A DNA stretch of 64,000 nucleotides from Octopus sinensis (taxonomy: Eukaryota). Positions 23,652 to 35,600 of the stretch are shown here, one piece after another. The DNA lies in NCBI RefSeq assembly GCF_006345805.1, contig NC_043002.1, positions 10,354,001-10,418,000 of the forward strand. Reading direction: 5' to 3'. Both the position numbers and the translations under genes were made by a program. The notes beneath the pieces were generated by a model. The model saw only the letters and a list, made by a program, of their open reading frames with translations, was not told the DNA's origin and did not search any database. Numbering within the stretch: position 1 is the stretch's first letter; each line of letters starts with the position of its first letter.

Positions 23652-23835
23652 TTTGTATATAAATAAAAAAGGGGCAGGCAACAGGTTGCTTAGCCACATA
23701 CCGAAAGATTAGTCGTATGTCGTATGTGGAGTCTCATTTGTAGAAAATAGAAATAAACAGTCTGTGACTGCTATTTCTAACTTTTCGGTATGTGGCTAAG
23801 CAGCCTGTTGCCTGCCCCTTTTATCTATATACAAA
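23652..23835. repeat. Hairpin, ~55 bp arms, ~73 nt spacer, within AT-rich/(TA)n context
   Basis: AAAAGGGGCAGGCAACAGGTTGCTTAGCCACATACCGAAA vs TTTCGGTATGTGGCTAAGCAGCCTGTTGCCTGCCCCTTTT. Confidence 0.9.
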
Positions 23836-23957
23836 ATATATATATTGAACTTTTTTTTTATAAGTTCCCTAACGTTAATGGTTATATTTACAATGCCGAA
23901 ATCTACCCGTAAATAATTGTTGTATTTTTAAAAGACTATTAAAAAATTATTTAATCT

Positions 23958-24010
<53 letters not shown>

Positions 24011-24152
24011 TCCTATTCATATGGAATATGAAATATTTTCAAAGATATGTCTATAGAAAGTACCGTTGGAAACAGCTAAGCATCCATCATCTTTCCAGAA
24101 GTGTTAAGTGAACCGTTGTAAAACGCTATCTTGCAGTGTAAGATTATAGGCG

Positions 24153-24208
24153 CAGGCTTTAGCTTCGTTATTATGGCAACAGTCCAGATACTTACTGATC
24201 AGACCTCG
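24153..24208. mobile_element. Solitary terminal inverted repeat of the mariner family seen at 52203-52668
   Basis: GCTTTAGCTTCGTTATTATGGCAACAGTCCAGATACTTACTGATCAGACCTCGTA matches the right TIR at 52614-52668. Confidence 0.75.
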
Positions 24209-24289
24209 TATACATATGTACATACATACAAACATCAAGAGACTTATAATAAAGGTGAGATTCACATTTGAAACGATGCACATACTCAA

Positions 24290-24590
24290 CTGTGGAACCC
24301 TCGTTGTGGCGCATGTGAATTAATCGAGTAAGGGACAGCGAAATGATTCAAGAATAGAAAGGAATTGCAAGCATGAATTGTAAAACAAAATATCTCATCT
24401 ACTGCATGCGATGCCCAGAATGCAATGAAAACTACATTGGGAAGACAGGAAGGAAACTGGCCAGTCGTGTAAATATGCATAAACAACAAATTATGGATTC
24501 ATCTCTTTAGAATGCCCCATGCAGTGAAGATCCAGATATCTGTGCAAAAATGAAGGGTTTAAAATATTCTCGTTTTACAAAATAAAAAAG
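24290..24590 (+). mobile_element. Penelope-like GIY-YIG endonuclease fragment
   Basis: NCKTKYLIYCMRCPECNENYIGKTGRKLASRVNMHKQQI...CSE: LIY...YIG motif with upstream cysteines. Confidence 0.8.
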
Positions 24591-24624
24591 TTGGAATGAG
24601 ATATGGAGGTGTACTACACCTCCG

Positions 24625-25225
24625 CTAAGTGTTCTGATTCGTTCATCCTATGATATCTTGCCATCGCCTACAGATCTAGTAAGATGGAACGTCTCAGAGA
24701 ATGATATATCCAACTGCGGAAAGGTAGGAATGCTGAACCATATTCTTTCTAACTGTTCACTGGCATTGAATAGAAATACATGAAGACACAATCTGGTCCT
24801 TAAGGTCATCTTCAATGCTATAAAGTACCAACTTGCTCTCATCAACAGTGGAAAAAATAACTATTGAAAGAACCAACTAGAGATTTCATTATCTTCGTGC
24901 GCTCAGGACAGCAGATCCGTTTGAAGAAGAAAAAGAAAATTCATGTGAGCGATGAAAAGTGGGAGGTGCCTACAGATTTGCCAGGGTACCAAGGATTCTT
25001 TCCCACCCCAGTTGCGAAAAATCCGGATATTAAAATGTGGTTTGAAAGAAAGTGGTGAATCTAGTCGAGTTAACGGTTCCTCATGGAATATTGACCGTTA
25101 TATTATCTTCCTCGAGGAATGTGAAGACGCAGGTTGGAAAGCGGAGCTCTTTCCAATCGAAGTCGGGTGTAGAGGATTCGTTGTACTACAGTGGAAAAGG
25201 CTAGCCACTGGATTTGGTTAAAAAG
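24625..25225 (+). mobile_element. HERO-like REL non-LTR retrotransposon, C-terminal fragment
   Basis: LIRSSYDILPSPTDLVRW...HILSNCSLAL..RHNLVL, PDIKMW, VELTVP and EECEDAGWKAELFPIEVGCRGFV. The YDxLPSP and PIEVGCRGF motifs are characteristic of HERO-type elements. Confidence 0.75.
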
Positions 25226-25763
25226 AGACGATGAGCGATGGCTAGAAGGATATTGAGCTTTATTTGATAACTAGTTGATCGAGCAAGTGGTGCTTCATAT
25301 CAGTGAGGGTACGCAATGATGCGTCGAGAGGTAGGCCCCGAAACGGCGCGCATTCTCTCCTGGTGACCCCATACACTTGCTGGCTTCCGGTATTCGAAGC
25401 TTTCGACTGTAAACACTTACATGTGCAAGTTATTTGCAAGAAGACTGTATTAGACATAGCAATAATAGTTTCTTCCCTTCTTTTTAACATTGTAATTTAT
25501 GTAGTTGAAATATATGAACGGGAGGGGGGGGGGCTCTCTTTGCACTCACGTGCTTTTCGGCTCAGTTCTACTGGGCGCCACATTGTGCAAGATCCCTTTA
25601 TTATAGCCGCGAGTGAATTGGGATGGTAAAGATGTCATACAGACATATATATATGCATATGTGTGGTTGTGTGCGTACGCGGGTGAGTGTATAAATATAC
25701 AAGCCTGTTAGCCTATGCATGGTTCTTTTGGACTATATTTTCATACAATATTTCAGTGGGGAT

Positions 25764-26112
25764 GGAAGCACTCCGTCGGTTCCGACGACGAGGGTTCCGG
25801 TTGATCCGAATCAACGGAACAGCCTGCTCGTGAAATTAACGTGTAAGTGGCTGAGCACTCCACAGACACGTGTACCCTTAACGTAGTTCTCGGGGATATT
25901 CAGCGTGACACAGAGAGTGACAAGGCCGGCCCTTTGAAATACAGGTACAACAGAAACAGGAAGTAAGAGTGAGAGAAAGTTGTGGTGAAAGAGTACAACA
26001 GGGATCACCACCACCCACTGCCGGAGCCTCGCGGAGCTTTAGGTGTTTTCGCTCAATAAACACTCACAACGCCCGGTCTGGGAATCGAAACCGCGATCCT
26101 ATGACCGCGAGT
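25764..26112 (-). mobile_element. tRNA-derived SINE family C, head truncated
   Basis: Near-identical to copies at 29207, 40379, 53092 and 55853. Confidence 0.9.
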
Positions 26113-26214
26113 ATTTCAGTACTTATTGCTTTGACGAGATTGAATTAGACACAAGTGAGAATATCAGACTCTCCACTTTTAATTAACACTGTAATTTAGT
26201 TATTTATTTATTTT

Positions 26215-26619
26215 TACTTTTTTCAGTCATTTGACGGTGCCCATGCTGGAGCACCGCCTTTAGTCGAGAAAATCGACCCCAGGTCTTATTCTTTGTAAGC
26301 CTAGTACTTATTCTATCGGTTTCTGTTGCCGAACCGCTAAATTACAGGGGCGCAAACACACCAGCATCAGTTGTCAAGCGATGTTGGGGGGGGGGGAACA
26401 AACACAGACACACAAACACATACACACACATACATATATACATATGCATATATACGACGGGCTTCTTTCAGTTTCCGTCTACCAAATCCACTCACAAGGC
26501 TTTGTTCGGCCCGAAGCTATAGTAGAAGACACTTGCCCATGGTGCCACGCAGTGGGACTGAACCCGGAACCTTGTGGTTGGTAAGCAAGCTACTTACCAC
26601 ACAGCCACTCCTACGCCTA
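26215..26619 (-). mobile_element. SINE family A, full length
   Basis: Colinear with 1775-2210. Confidence 0.9.
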
Positions 26620-27132
26620 TTGCTCACATTACGCAAATTTCGTGTAGTATAGGCCTAAGAGTCGACCAAAGAATTTTGAGTGAATTTGGTAGAAAGAAAC
26701 TGCGGAAAGACGCCAAATATGTATGTATGTGTGTGTTTCTCACCCCACAGCTTGTCAACCAGTGTTAATCTGTTTGCGCGCAAGCGGTTCGACAAAAGAA
26801 ACTGATAGAATAAATACCACACTTAAAACTGAATAATAATTGGTGTCGATTTGCTCAACTAAACCATTCAACATGACCGCGATCATGTCAAATATTAAAC
26901 AAGTAGAAATTAGAAGAATTTCAATTTTAATTCTGCCCTGAAAAAAAAAACAACAACAAAGAAAAAAAACAGATGCTTTTCAAATTGAAAGAAAAGAAGA
27001 ATGATTGTAACGAGTTTTCAGTTGAAGCATTTAACCGGACGTTAGAGCTGGAACTGAAGAGGGTGTGTGTTACCACGACAACTGAACAGAGATATCGCGA
27101 AAATTTGAATTAAATAGCTCAAAAATATATAC

Positions 27133-27281
27133 TCACTCTACACATTTTCCGCCTGATCTTGAAGTGATTTGTACGCGATTACTTCCGGTGATATTGCACC
27201 TGTGAACCCAGCAGACACCATCTTCCATGCCCGACCAAACTTTATCTTTCTTGACACAATTGCCATTATTCTTCCGACAAT
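27133..27281 (-). CDS. Coding exon 4 of secreted cysteine-rich repeat protein
   Basis: Acceptor TTTTCTTTTCAAAAACAG, phase 1. Encodes (Y)CRKNNGNCVKKDKVWSGMEDGVCWVHRCNITGSNRVQITSRSGGKCV, with the same C/W spacing as exon 3. Ends either at TGA 27135-27133 or at a GA|GTGAGT donor (exon end 27137). Confidence 0.85.
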
Positions 27282-27440
27282 CTGTTTTTGAAAAGAAAAC
27301 CAACAATATATTGGCTATTCTATCAAATAATTATCTTTCACATAATTATGGCTAAAAAAGTTGGCACAAGGCCGGCGATATAGATACACAGATACATACG
27401 TACATATGTACATACACTCGCATACACACATATATATGCG

Positions 27441-27514
<74 letters not shown>

Positions 27515-27775
27515 TGATTATATATATATATCTACACATTTCTATATATTCATATGTATGCAGATAGATATGTATGTATGTATGTTTATGTGTGTATATA
27601 TATATATAGAAGTATGTATGTGTGTATATACAGGGAGAGTTTACGAAAAAAACAAAAGCCGAAGACAGGTGGTGTACAAAAAAACAGATTTTAGTATGTG
27701 TGTATATATATATATATATAGATGTGTGTGTGTATGTGTAAATATATAAATTATATATATTTGTATGTATGTATG

Positions 27776-27831
<56 letters not shown>

Positions 27832-27840
27832 AATATTATT

Positions 27841-27983
27841 ATTAATATCAGGAAAACAATATTAGAAAATTCTTCAGAAAGATATATACGTATGTAAAAT
27901 AATTGTTGTATTAATAGAACAATTATTTTACACACGTATATATCTTTCTGAAGAATTTTCTAATATTGATTCCTGATATTAAT
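27841..27983. repeat. Hairpin, ~66 bp arms, short loop, next to (TA)n
   Basis: ATTAATATCAGG...GAAAGATATATACGTATGTAAAATAATTGTT vs AACAATTATTTTACACACGTATATATCTTTC...CCTGATATTAAT. Confidence 0.9.
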
Positions 27984-28110
27984 ATAACATATTATAAAAT
28001 ATATAATAATCGCTCGTATCAATTACATAAATACTTTGATACAATAGAGTACTCAATACAAATTCAGTATCATAATATTCTCATTGAATATATTAACTAA
28101 AGATTTATAT

Positions 28111-28189
<79 letters not shown>

Positions 28190-28475
28190 GTGTGTGTGTG
28201 TATATGCATACATATTTGTATATGTATATTTAGCACCCAGTAATATGAAGAAGTAATTCCTTGAGCTGCGTGCCGAAGCGAACTGTCGAACAGGCAAACC
28301 ACATAAACTGAATATGTTCGGTCGATGATAAATATTGTGTGTGTATGTATCTGTCTGTGTATCTGTGTCTATGTGTGCATGTGTGCGTGCGTGTCTGCTG
28401 AGGTGCGTAATCTCAGACTAAATCAAACCTTGAAGTTCGAAATCCGTACACACACTGATGTGAATTGATGTTACA

Positions 28476-28775
28476 TCTTTATATATAAAAGAGAGGTTGT
28501 GTGCTGTCCGTCTCCTACAATTTAGATTCCTAACTACTCCCACGTTTTGCGGTGCAGTTTAATCAAAACCGGGTATCTTATAGTCGTGATTCATATCGAG
28601 CCCTTCTGGGTATTAGCGCGCGTCTACGATGAGTCTACGATTAAAAAAAAATTTACCATCATTTATTTTCCCACTTTTAATGCATTTTTTTGCTATTTTT
28701 TGTCTATAACTCTCTAAAAATGCTTATATAGTTATTTCCCTTACAAACCCGAGCAACGCCGGGTAATACTGCTAG
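28476..28775 (+). mobile_element. Non-autonomous Helitron (300 bp)
   Basis: 5' TC (A|TCTTTATATATAAAAG), subterminal hairpin ACCCG-AGCAACGC-CGGGT, 3' CTAG|T. Inserted between A and T with no TSD. Confidence 0.85.
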
Positions 28776-29206
28776 TTTAGATATAAATATAGTTTAAGGA
28801 CACTCACAAAGCTCATTCTTTGAAATGTATCAGTCGACTTATACTTCAAGTTAGACATTGAAGTATGAGAGTCGTTTATTTTATGTATCTTTATCCTTAG
28901 GACTCATAAGGCCGGTTACCCAGCTTTCATGGCGTTTAAGCGACCAAAATCTCCGTGAACAGGGCGCTTGTCCGTTACTGGCTTGAATACCAGTAATTTT
29001 GGAGGTGAAGCATCCAGTCAATTTCCTCAACTCTAGGATTCGACTGGTCCCTTAACTTTCGACCCCGAAGGGTTGAAAAGTAAATGCTGTTAAACATTCC
29101 GGACGATTTGCTATGGATTCTACCTGCTCACCAGAATCGTGATAGCGCCTACCAAAATGTTATGCGGTATTTAAATACCTTTCTTTTCGTATTGATATCA
29201 AACACT

Positions 29207-29582
29207 GGAAGCACTCCGTCGGTTACGACGACGAGGGTTCCGGTTGATCCGAATCAACGGAACAGCCTGCTCGTGAAATTAACGTATAAGTGGCTGAGCA
29301 CTCCACAGACACGTGTACCCTTAACGTAGTTCTCGGGGATATTCAGCGTTACACAGAGAGTGACAAGGCCGGCCCCTTGAAATACAGGTACAACAGAAAC
29401 AGGAAGTAAGAGTAAGTTGTGGGGAAAGAGTACAACAGGGATCACCACCATCCCCTGCCGGAGCCTCGTGGAGCTTTAGGTGTTTTCGCTCAATAAAACT
29501 CACAACGCCCGGTCTGGGAATCGAAACCGCGATCCTATGACCGCAAGTCCGCTGCCCTAACCACTGGGCCATTGCGCCTCCA
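29207..29582 (-). mobile_element. SINE family C, full length
   Basis: Head GGAGGCGCAATGGCCCAGTGGTTAGGGCAGCGG...GGTTTCGATTCCC (A/B boxes). Confidence 0.9.
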
Positions 29583-29847
29583 CTATCAAACACTACTATG
29601 TTGAACATTACCTTTCGTCAATCGTGTTCAATCAAGGGAGAAGCCATTGTCTACTGAGGTTGATGTAGCTGTCTATGAGTTGTGATGCGTCAATGTCACA
29701 GTTAACACAGGCAGATGGTTAATAATGAACAGTTGCCGAATTTGGCCTATCGCATTCAAAAGAACGCCAATATAATATTCGGTGTGATTTTGCTGTTTTA
29801 AGACATGTAGTGAAGAAAGGAAACCAAAAATTTATTTGCCAACTTAC

Positions 29848-29985
29848 ACACAGATTTTGCATATACTTTCCATTGAGTATCACTCATTCGGTGACACGTT
29901 TTCAAGGCACACATTATTTCCGTCTTTTCCATCCATGTATCTTCGTATTTGCGGCACTTACCCTCGATTAAACATCCATCGCATT
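29848..29985 (-). CDS. Coding exon 3 of secreted cysteine-rich repeat protein
   Basis: Acceptor ATCTTTATTCAG, donor GTAAGT, 138 nt, phase 1-1. Encodes (K)CDGCLIEGKCRKYEDTWMEKTEIMCALKTCHRMSDTQWKVYAKSV. Confidence 0.85.
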
Positions 29986-30311
29986 CTGAATAAAGATACA
30001 TACATTATAATTATACCTACTAAGCATTATTAGATATTTTACAAGGCAGATTTATTATAAACTAGAAGAAAGTAAATTTGGTTCCAATACTATCCGAGAT
30101 CATATCCTTTGCTTCCTTCTAATTCATATATGAAATTCAGTCGGATCATTAACCTCTTTTCCCAGTCCTGTTTTGATAAAACAAATACTCGAGAGGAGTA
30201 TTTTGATACCAATTTAAGGAACTGATACGGTCCTCTGCAAAGGTTTCTCCTACACACGGTCGTGGTTTGGGCACGCCAAAAGGTTTTGGTGTGAACTGGC
30301 AAAGAACATAC

Positions 30312-30368
30312 TGTACAAGAAACTCCGGTATTCAGGTTTTGGTACAGCTGTTGTTTGCTGAGTAATAT
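30312..30368 (-). CDS. Coding exon 2 of secreted cysteine-rich repeat protein
   Basis: Acceptor TTTTAGCTTTCACAG, donor GTATGT, 57 nt, phase 1-1. Encodes (D)ITQQTTAVPKPEYRSFLY. Confidence 0.75.
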
Positions 30369-30390
30369 CTGTGAAAGCTAAAATAATTAA

Positions 30391-30430
<40 letters not shown>

Positions 30431-30446
30431 ATAATAATAATAATAA

Positions 30447-30690
30447 TAGTGCTCATGGGAACTGCCCATATCCTACGCAGAATACTTTCTATGTAATCTC
30501 AAGTTTTAAAACAAACATAATTTTCTTATGGTTCCTTAAACATTCTCTAGAACAACGCTATGTACAAAACCAAATGTATGGCACCCTAGGCATAACACCA
30601 ACATCAGCTTTCAACTTGCTGTCTCTTGAGGTCTCTGGGTGAGACTTGGAGCCAACTTGTACAAATGTAAAGCAAAAGTTAAACATAAAA
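30447..30690 (+). mobile_element. 3' end of R4/Dong-like LINE (lineage B), copy 3, shorter
   Basis: VLMGTAHILRRILSM* plus the same 3' UTR as 5586-5990, flanked by (AAT)n. Confidence 0.85.
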
Positions 30691-30694
30691 TAAT

Positions 30695-30779
<85 letters not shown>

Positions 30780-30781
<2 letters not shown>

Positions 30782-31319
30782 CCCTGATGCAGTACCAGGC
30801 AGAAGCTCTCATGGCTTCTGATCTTAACTGATTGGAAGTGTTATCATGTACATTAAAGGTGGTCTACTGCAAATATTCTGCTCATTATCCTAGATTTGCT
30901 TGTCAGTTGTTTGACCTTAACCTGGTGGGCAAGTTCCTTAGTGGCTGATGATATATGCATCTCTGATCGCAAGCGGAAGTGGCGGGGGAACATCATAGCT
31001 ATGTGTTGAGAGGGATTCTTTGGGGGTTTAAATAATTCAGCTTTAGAAACATGGGTGTTTCGTTCAACATCCTTAAACAAACCTTATTCAGGAACCTTTT
31101 GAACAGATGGGTTACTCGATCTGAAGAAAATTCTAACTGGGCCACACCTGCAAGGTCACGTGCTGTTTATCTTGATATGAGTTCACCATGCCGCGCACGT
31201 ATGGTTGTGATGCATGTGCCTGGTGTACCCTTATCAGACAGGTAGTCATGATGGGTACACCGTGCTCGATTATTTAACCCCAATGTCGTTTTGATGGCGT
31301 GAACTGCTGTCTCACTCAA
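30780..31319. repeat. Unclassified element X, copy 2
   Basis: Colinear with 10708-11258, preceded by (AAT)n. Confidence 0.85.
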
Positions 31320-31449
31320 GAACTTATAATAACATAGAGTTCAAAGATATAATGGAAAAGGAAATGAAAGAGAAACTGAGGGTGGAGTATTTCCGAAGAC
31401 TGAGGTTCGTGTTGCGCTCCATATTCACTGGATTGAATAAAATCGAAGC

Positions 31450-31868
31450 ATAGGCGCAGGAGTGGCTGTGTGGTAAGTAGCTTGCTAACCAACCACATGG
31501 TCCCGGGTTCAGTCCCACTGCGTGGCATCTTGGGCAAGTGTCTTCTGCTATAGCCCCGGGCCGACCAATGCCTTGTAAGTGGATTTGGTAGACGGAAACT
31601 GAAAGAAGTCTGTCGTATATATGTATATATATATATGTGTGTGTGTATATGTTTGTGTGTCTGTGTTTGTCCCCCTAGCATTGCTTGACAACCGATGCTG
31701 GTGTGTTTACGTCCCCGTTACTTAGCGGTTCGGCAAAACATACCGATAGAATAAGTACTGGGCTTACAAAGAATAAGTCCCGGAGTCGATTTGCTCGACT
31801 AAAGGCGGTGCTCCAGCATGGCCGCAGTCAAATGACTGAAACAAGTAAAATAGTAAAAGAGTAAAGAG
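31450..31868 (+). mobile_element. SINE family A inserted in LINE lineage D
   Basis: Full head-to-tail copy interrupting the ...NKIEA|INTW... reading. Confidence 0.9.
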
Positions 31869-32101
31869 AGTTAATACGTGGGTGATAGCATCACTTCGGT
31901 TTTGAGTAGGAGAATTATAAAATGGCAAAAGTGAGGAGTGAAGAAAATGAATACCAAGATCAGAAAAATGTTGACAGTAGGTGGAGCGTTCCACCCTAAG
32001 ATAACACCGTTAGGCTGTACTTGTCTACAAGAAAGTGGGGGGGGGGTGATTAGTTGCCAGGACTGTATCGAAGCAAAGCCTAGCGTGGTATATAAAATTT
32101 T

Positions 32102-32333
32102 AAGGCGGCGAGCTGGCAGAAACGTTAGCACGCCGGGCGAAATGCTTAGCGGTATTTCGTCTGCGTTACGTTGTGAGTTCAAATTCCGCCGAGGTCGACT
32201 TTGCCTTTCATCCTTTCGGGGTCGATAAATTAAGTACCAGTTACGCACTGGTGTCGATGTAATCGACTTAATACCTATGTCTGTCCTCGTTTGTCCGCTC
32301 TGTGTTTAGCCCCTTGTGGGTAATAAAGAAATA
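32102..32333 (+). mobile_element. SINE family B with 12-bp target-site duplication
   Basis: GGTATATAAAAT at 32087-32098 and 32334-32345. Confidence 0.9.
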
Positions 32334-33292
32334 GGTATATAAAATATCATGGAGTCACTGTTAAAACACACGAAGGAGGCCGACTTCATCAATCAACACA
32401 GAAAATTGTGTAACGAAAGAAAAATTTAAACAAGAACAAAAAAGCAGAAAGGTAAACGCATGGAATGAAAAGAAAATGTACGGTCAGTTTGCAAGTGATG
32501 TGAACTTTAAAACAGATACAGAGGACCGGTGGCTATGGATGAGGAGTGACCTGAAGATAGAGTCTCATATGCACAGCTCAGGCACAAGCGTTAAGGGCGA
32601 ACTATGTGAAGTGCAGAATAGACAACACTACCGATAGCGACAAATGCAGAATGTGTGGTGAGAGGGATGAAACGGGTATGGTGCATCGTTAGCGAATGAT
32701 CGAAATTGGCAGAACGCGAATACAATTGACGCCATGACAATGTGGCAAGAATGGTCCATTCGGAGCTATGTGGTAATCTCGACCTACAAAGAGCCAAGAT
32801 GTGGCATGAGCAAACTCCAGGAATCACCGAAAATGAGAATTGCAAAATCCTGTGGGATGCAACAAACCAGTGCAATCACCTGACCAGTCATCGGATACTG
32901 GACAGTGTTGTGGTCAATAAAAAAGGAAGAACATTATGATAATCGGCGTAGCTTGCCCCGGTGACAAAAAAGATCAATGTGAAAGAAGAAAAAAAATAAA
33001 CAACTATGACGATTTGAAGTGGGAAATACGAAGGTTGTGGTCAAGGAAGAGAGCAGACGTGATAACAATAGTAACTGATGCTCTTGGAAGTATCAGCACT
33101 CTATTACCAACATGAATGAAAAAGATTGGTGCAAGTGTGAAGGTAGAACACCAGCAAAAATCAGCATTGCTTGTAACTGCAAGAATTTTTCGCAGGGTTC
33201 TTGAAGCATGAGCAGTAAACAAGTGTGAGTTTAGTCTAATGGCTGTGGACAGCTGACACTTTCCATCATACTCAGCAAAATAAGTTTAATAC

Positions 33293-33376
<84 letters not shown>

Positions 33377-33870
33377 TATAAGAAGAAGAAGAAGGAGAAG
33401 AAGAAGAAGAAGAAGAAGAAAAGAAGAAGAAGAAGACGACGACGACGAAGAAGAAGAAGAAGAAAAGAAGAAGAAGAAGAAGAAGAAGAAGAAGAAGACG
33501 AAGACGAAGAAGAAGAAGAAGAAGAAGAAGAAGACGAAGACGAAGAAGAAGAAGAAGAAGAGAAGGAGAAGAAGAAGAAGAAGAAGGAGAAGAAGAAGAA
33601 GAAGAAGAAGACGACGACGACGAAGAAGAAGAAGAAGAAAAGAAGAAGAAGAAGAAGAAGAAGACGAAGACGAAGAAGAAGAAGAAGAAGAAGAAGAAGA
33701 AGAAGAAGAAGAAGACGAAGAAGAAGAAGAAGAAGAAGAAGAAGAAGAAGGAGAAGAAGAAGAAGACGAAGAAGAAGAAGAAGAAGAAGGAGAAGAAGAA
33801 GGAGAAGAAGAAGAAGAAGAAGAAGAAGAAGAAGAAGAAGAAGAAGAAGAAGAAGAAGAAGAAGAAGAAA
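33293..33870. repeat. (AAT)n followed by long (GAA/GAC/GGA)n microsatellite
   Basis: Directly visible. It explains the poly-S/E/K/R ORFs. Confidence 0.97.
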
Positions 33871-34054
33871 ACGAGTATCGCTGAAATTTGATGTTACACA
33901 CCGTATTGGTCGGTATGTAAGACACACTATATTTTTAAATATATCAAACTATTGCTCAGCATTATATGCTGCCGTATTACGGAACGGAAGACCAGCTGTT
34001 ATATACTAACGAACCTGATGAGCATAGGTATGCTATCTATAATAATTCTTACAA

Positions 34055-34278
34055 GAGGCGGCGAGCTGACAGAAACGTTAGCACGCCGGGCGAAATGCTT
34101 AGCGGTATTTCGTCTGCCGTTACGTTCAAATTCCGCCGAGGTCGACTTTGCCTTTCATCCTTTCGGGGTCGATAAATAAAGTACCAGTTTCGCACTGGAG
34201 TCGATCTAATCGACTTAATCCTTTGTCTGTCCTTGTTTGTCCCCTCTGTGTTTAACCCCTTGTGGGTAGTAAAGAAAT
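34055..34278 (+). mobile_element. SINE family B
   Basis: Complete head and body. Confidence 0.9.
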
Positions 34279-34759
34279 ATATAATAATTCTTACTGATGA
34301 CAAAATATTGAAAGCCATATCTTCACGTTCGGTTGGTACAAACTTATGAAAAATTGGAACGCTACGTCAGCAGATATTTACAGATGTCACAACATCCGAT
34401 TATATGTCCTCTCCCGGTATACGTAGCCCACATCTGAGGGGTTTTACATTATTTAATGATTGTGTTGGCTTTGTGAAACATTTTATTAAAATATCTAAAT
34501 GAAAATTGACATATCCACTTGAAATAAGTGGATGACAACAAAGCCATAGCTATGGCGCACCTCCCTTGTGGCTGATCGTAGTTATGTAAAACATCACAGT
34601 CAGAAATACGTGTTTCACATCCTTTATCGCAATTCCTTTGACCAAAATTTAAACGAGCATGCAGTTTGTCTAACAGAAGATTAAGTACTTCACTCATACT
34701 GTATATTGATGATAAATTTATAGTTTCGTATTTTATTTCAGTATGCCATCATAATCTTT

Positions 34760-35116
34760 TCTACTCTAGTCGATTAGATTGACCGCAGTGCGCAACTGGT
34801 ACTTAATTTTTCGACCCCGAAAAGATGAAAAGCAAAGTCGACCATGGCGGAATTTGAACTCAGGACGTAAAGACAGACGAAATACCTATTTTTTTACTGC
34901 CCACAAGGGGCTACACACAGAGGGGTCAGACAAGGACAGACAAACGGATTAAGTCGATTATATCGACCCCAGTGCGTAACTGGTACTTATTTAATTGACC
35001 CCGAAAGGATGAAAGGCAAGTCAACCTCGGCGGAATTTGAACTCAGAACATAAAGACAGACGAAATACCGCTAAACATTTCGCTCGGCTGCTACCGATTC
35101 TACCGGCACGCCGTCT
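34760..35116 (-). mobile_element. SINE family B, head plus body plus partial second body
   Basis: Junction ...AAAAAAATA|GGTATTTCGTC on the minus strand at ~34876-34895. Confidence 0.85.
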
Positions 35117-35472
35117 TAGTAGACTATCATATTATTGTACGTACATGCACAGAATCATATATTTTCCCCACGGTTAAATCATAAAGAAAATTGAGAAATG
35201 GTCATATTAATACAATTAGATTATAAATAGACACATAGTTACTTCAATTCCATTGCACGTATGCATAGTAATATATCTGAGAAATAATTATCGGAGTAAA
35301 ATAGTGTGTAAATTAATGTTTTATGACTTACTATACGAATTTTAACATAAGTACTTCTCAAACACTGGCCTCTGGGTACTTAACCAATCTCCAAGATATA
35401 ATAGTTATATATGCTTCAAATTACACAAATGCTTTAATAAAGGAACGTTACATTGGGCACAGTGATAGAGAC

Positions 35473-35600
35473 CATGTACTGTAAAGGAACTCTTGCACAG
35501 TGAATAGAAACATATAAATAGTGGACAACATGCTTGCAACATACGGCAAGATTGGTTAACATAGAAATAGATGAAAGTATTGTAAGCAAACTATACATTA
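35473..35600. repeat. ~128 bp direct repeat, partner at 36514-36642
   Basis: CCATGTACTGTAAAG(G/A)AACT...GCAAAC(T/A)ATA in both copies, roughly 88% identical by eye. Confidence 0.85.

Larger units (their letters stand above)
31325..33292 (+). mobile_element. 3' part of R4/Dong-like LINE (lineage D), decayed, split by two SINEs
   Basis: MKEKLRVEYFRRLR..., AFHPK...GGGVISCQDCIE, MYGQF, KCRMCGERDET, RHDNVA, ENENCKILWD and LLVTARIFRRVLEA*. Ends in (AAT)n. Confidence 0.85.

Noticed and set aside
34005-34045. CTGATGA-GCATAGGTATGC (also CTGATGA at ~34298, and at ~49562 and ~55306 on minus)
   Set aside because: There is no correctly placed GAAA after the putative stem II.
34610-34670. Possible extra phase 1-1 exon DKLHARLNFGQRNCDKGCET in intron 1 of the host gene
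   Set aside because: The acceptor is plausible but the donor (AC|GTATTT) is weak and the model is complete without it. It needs RNA evidence.
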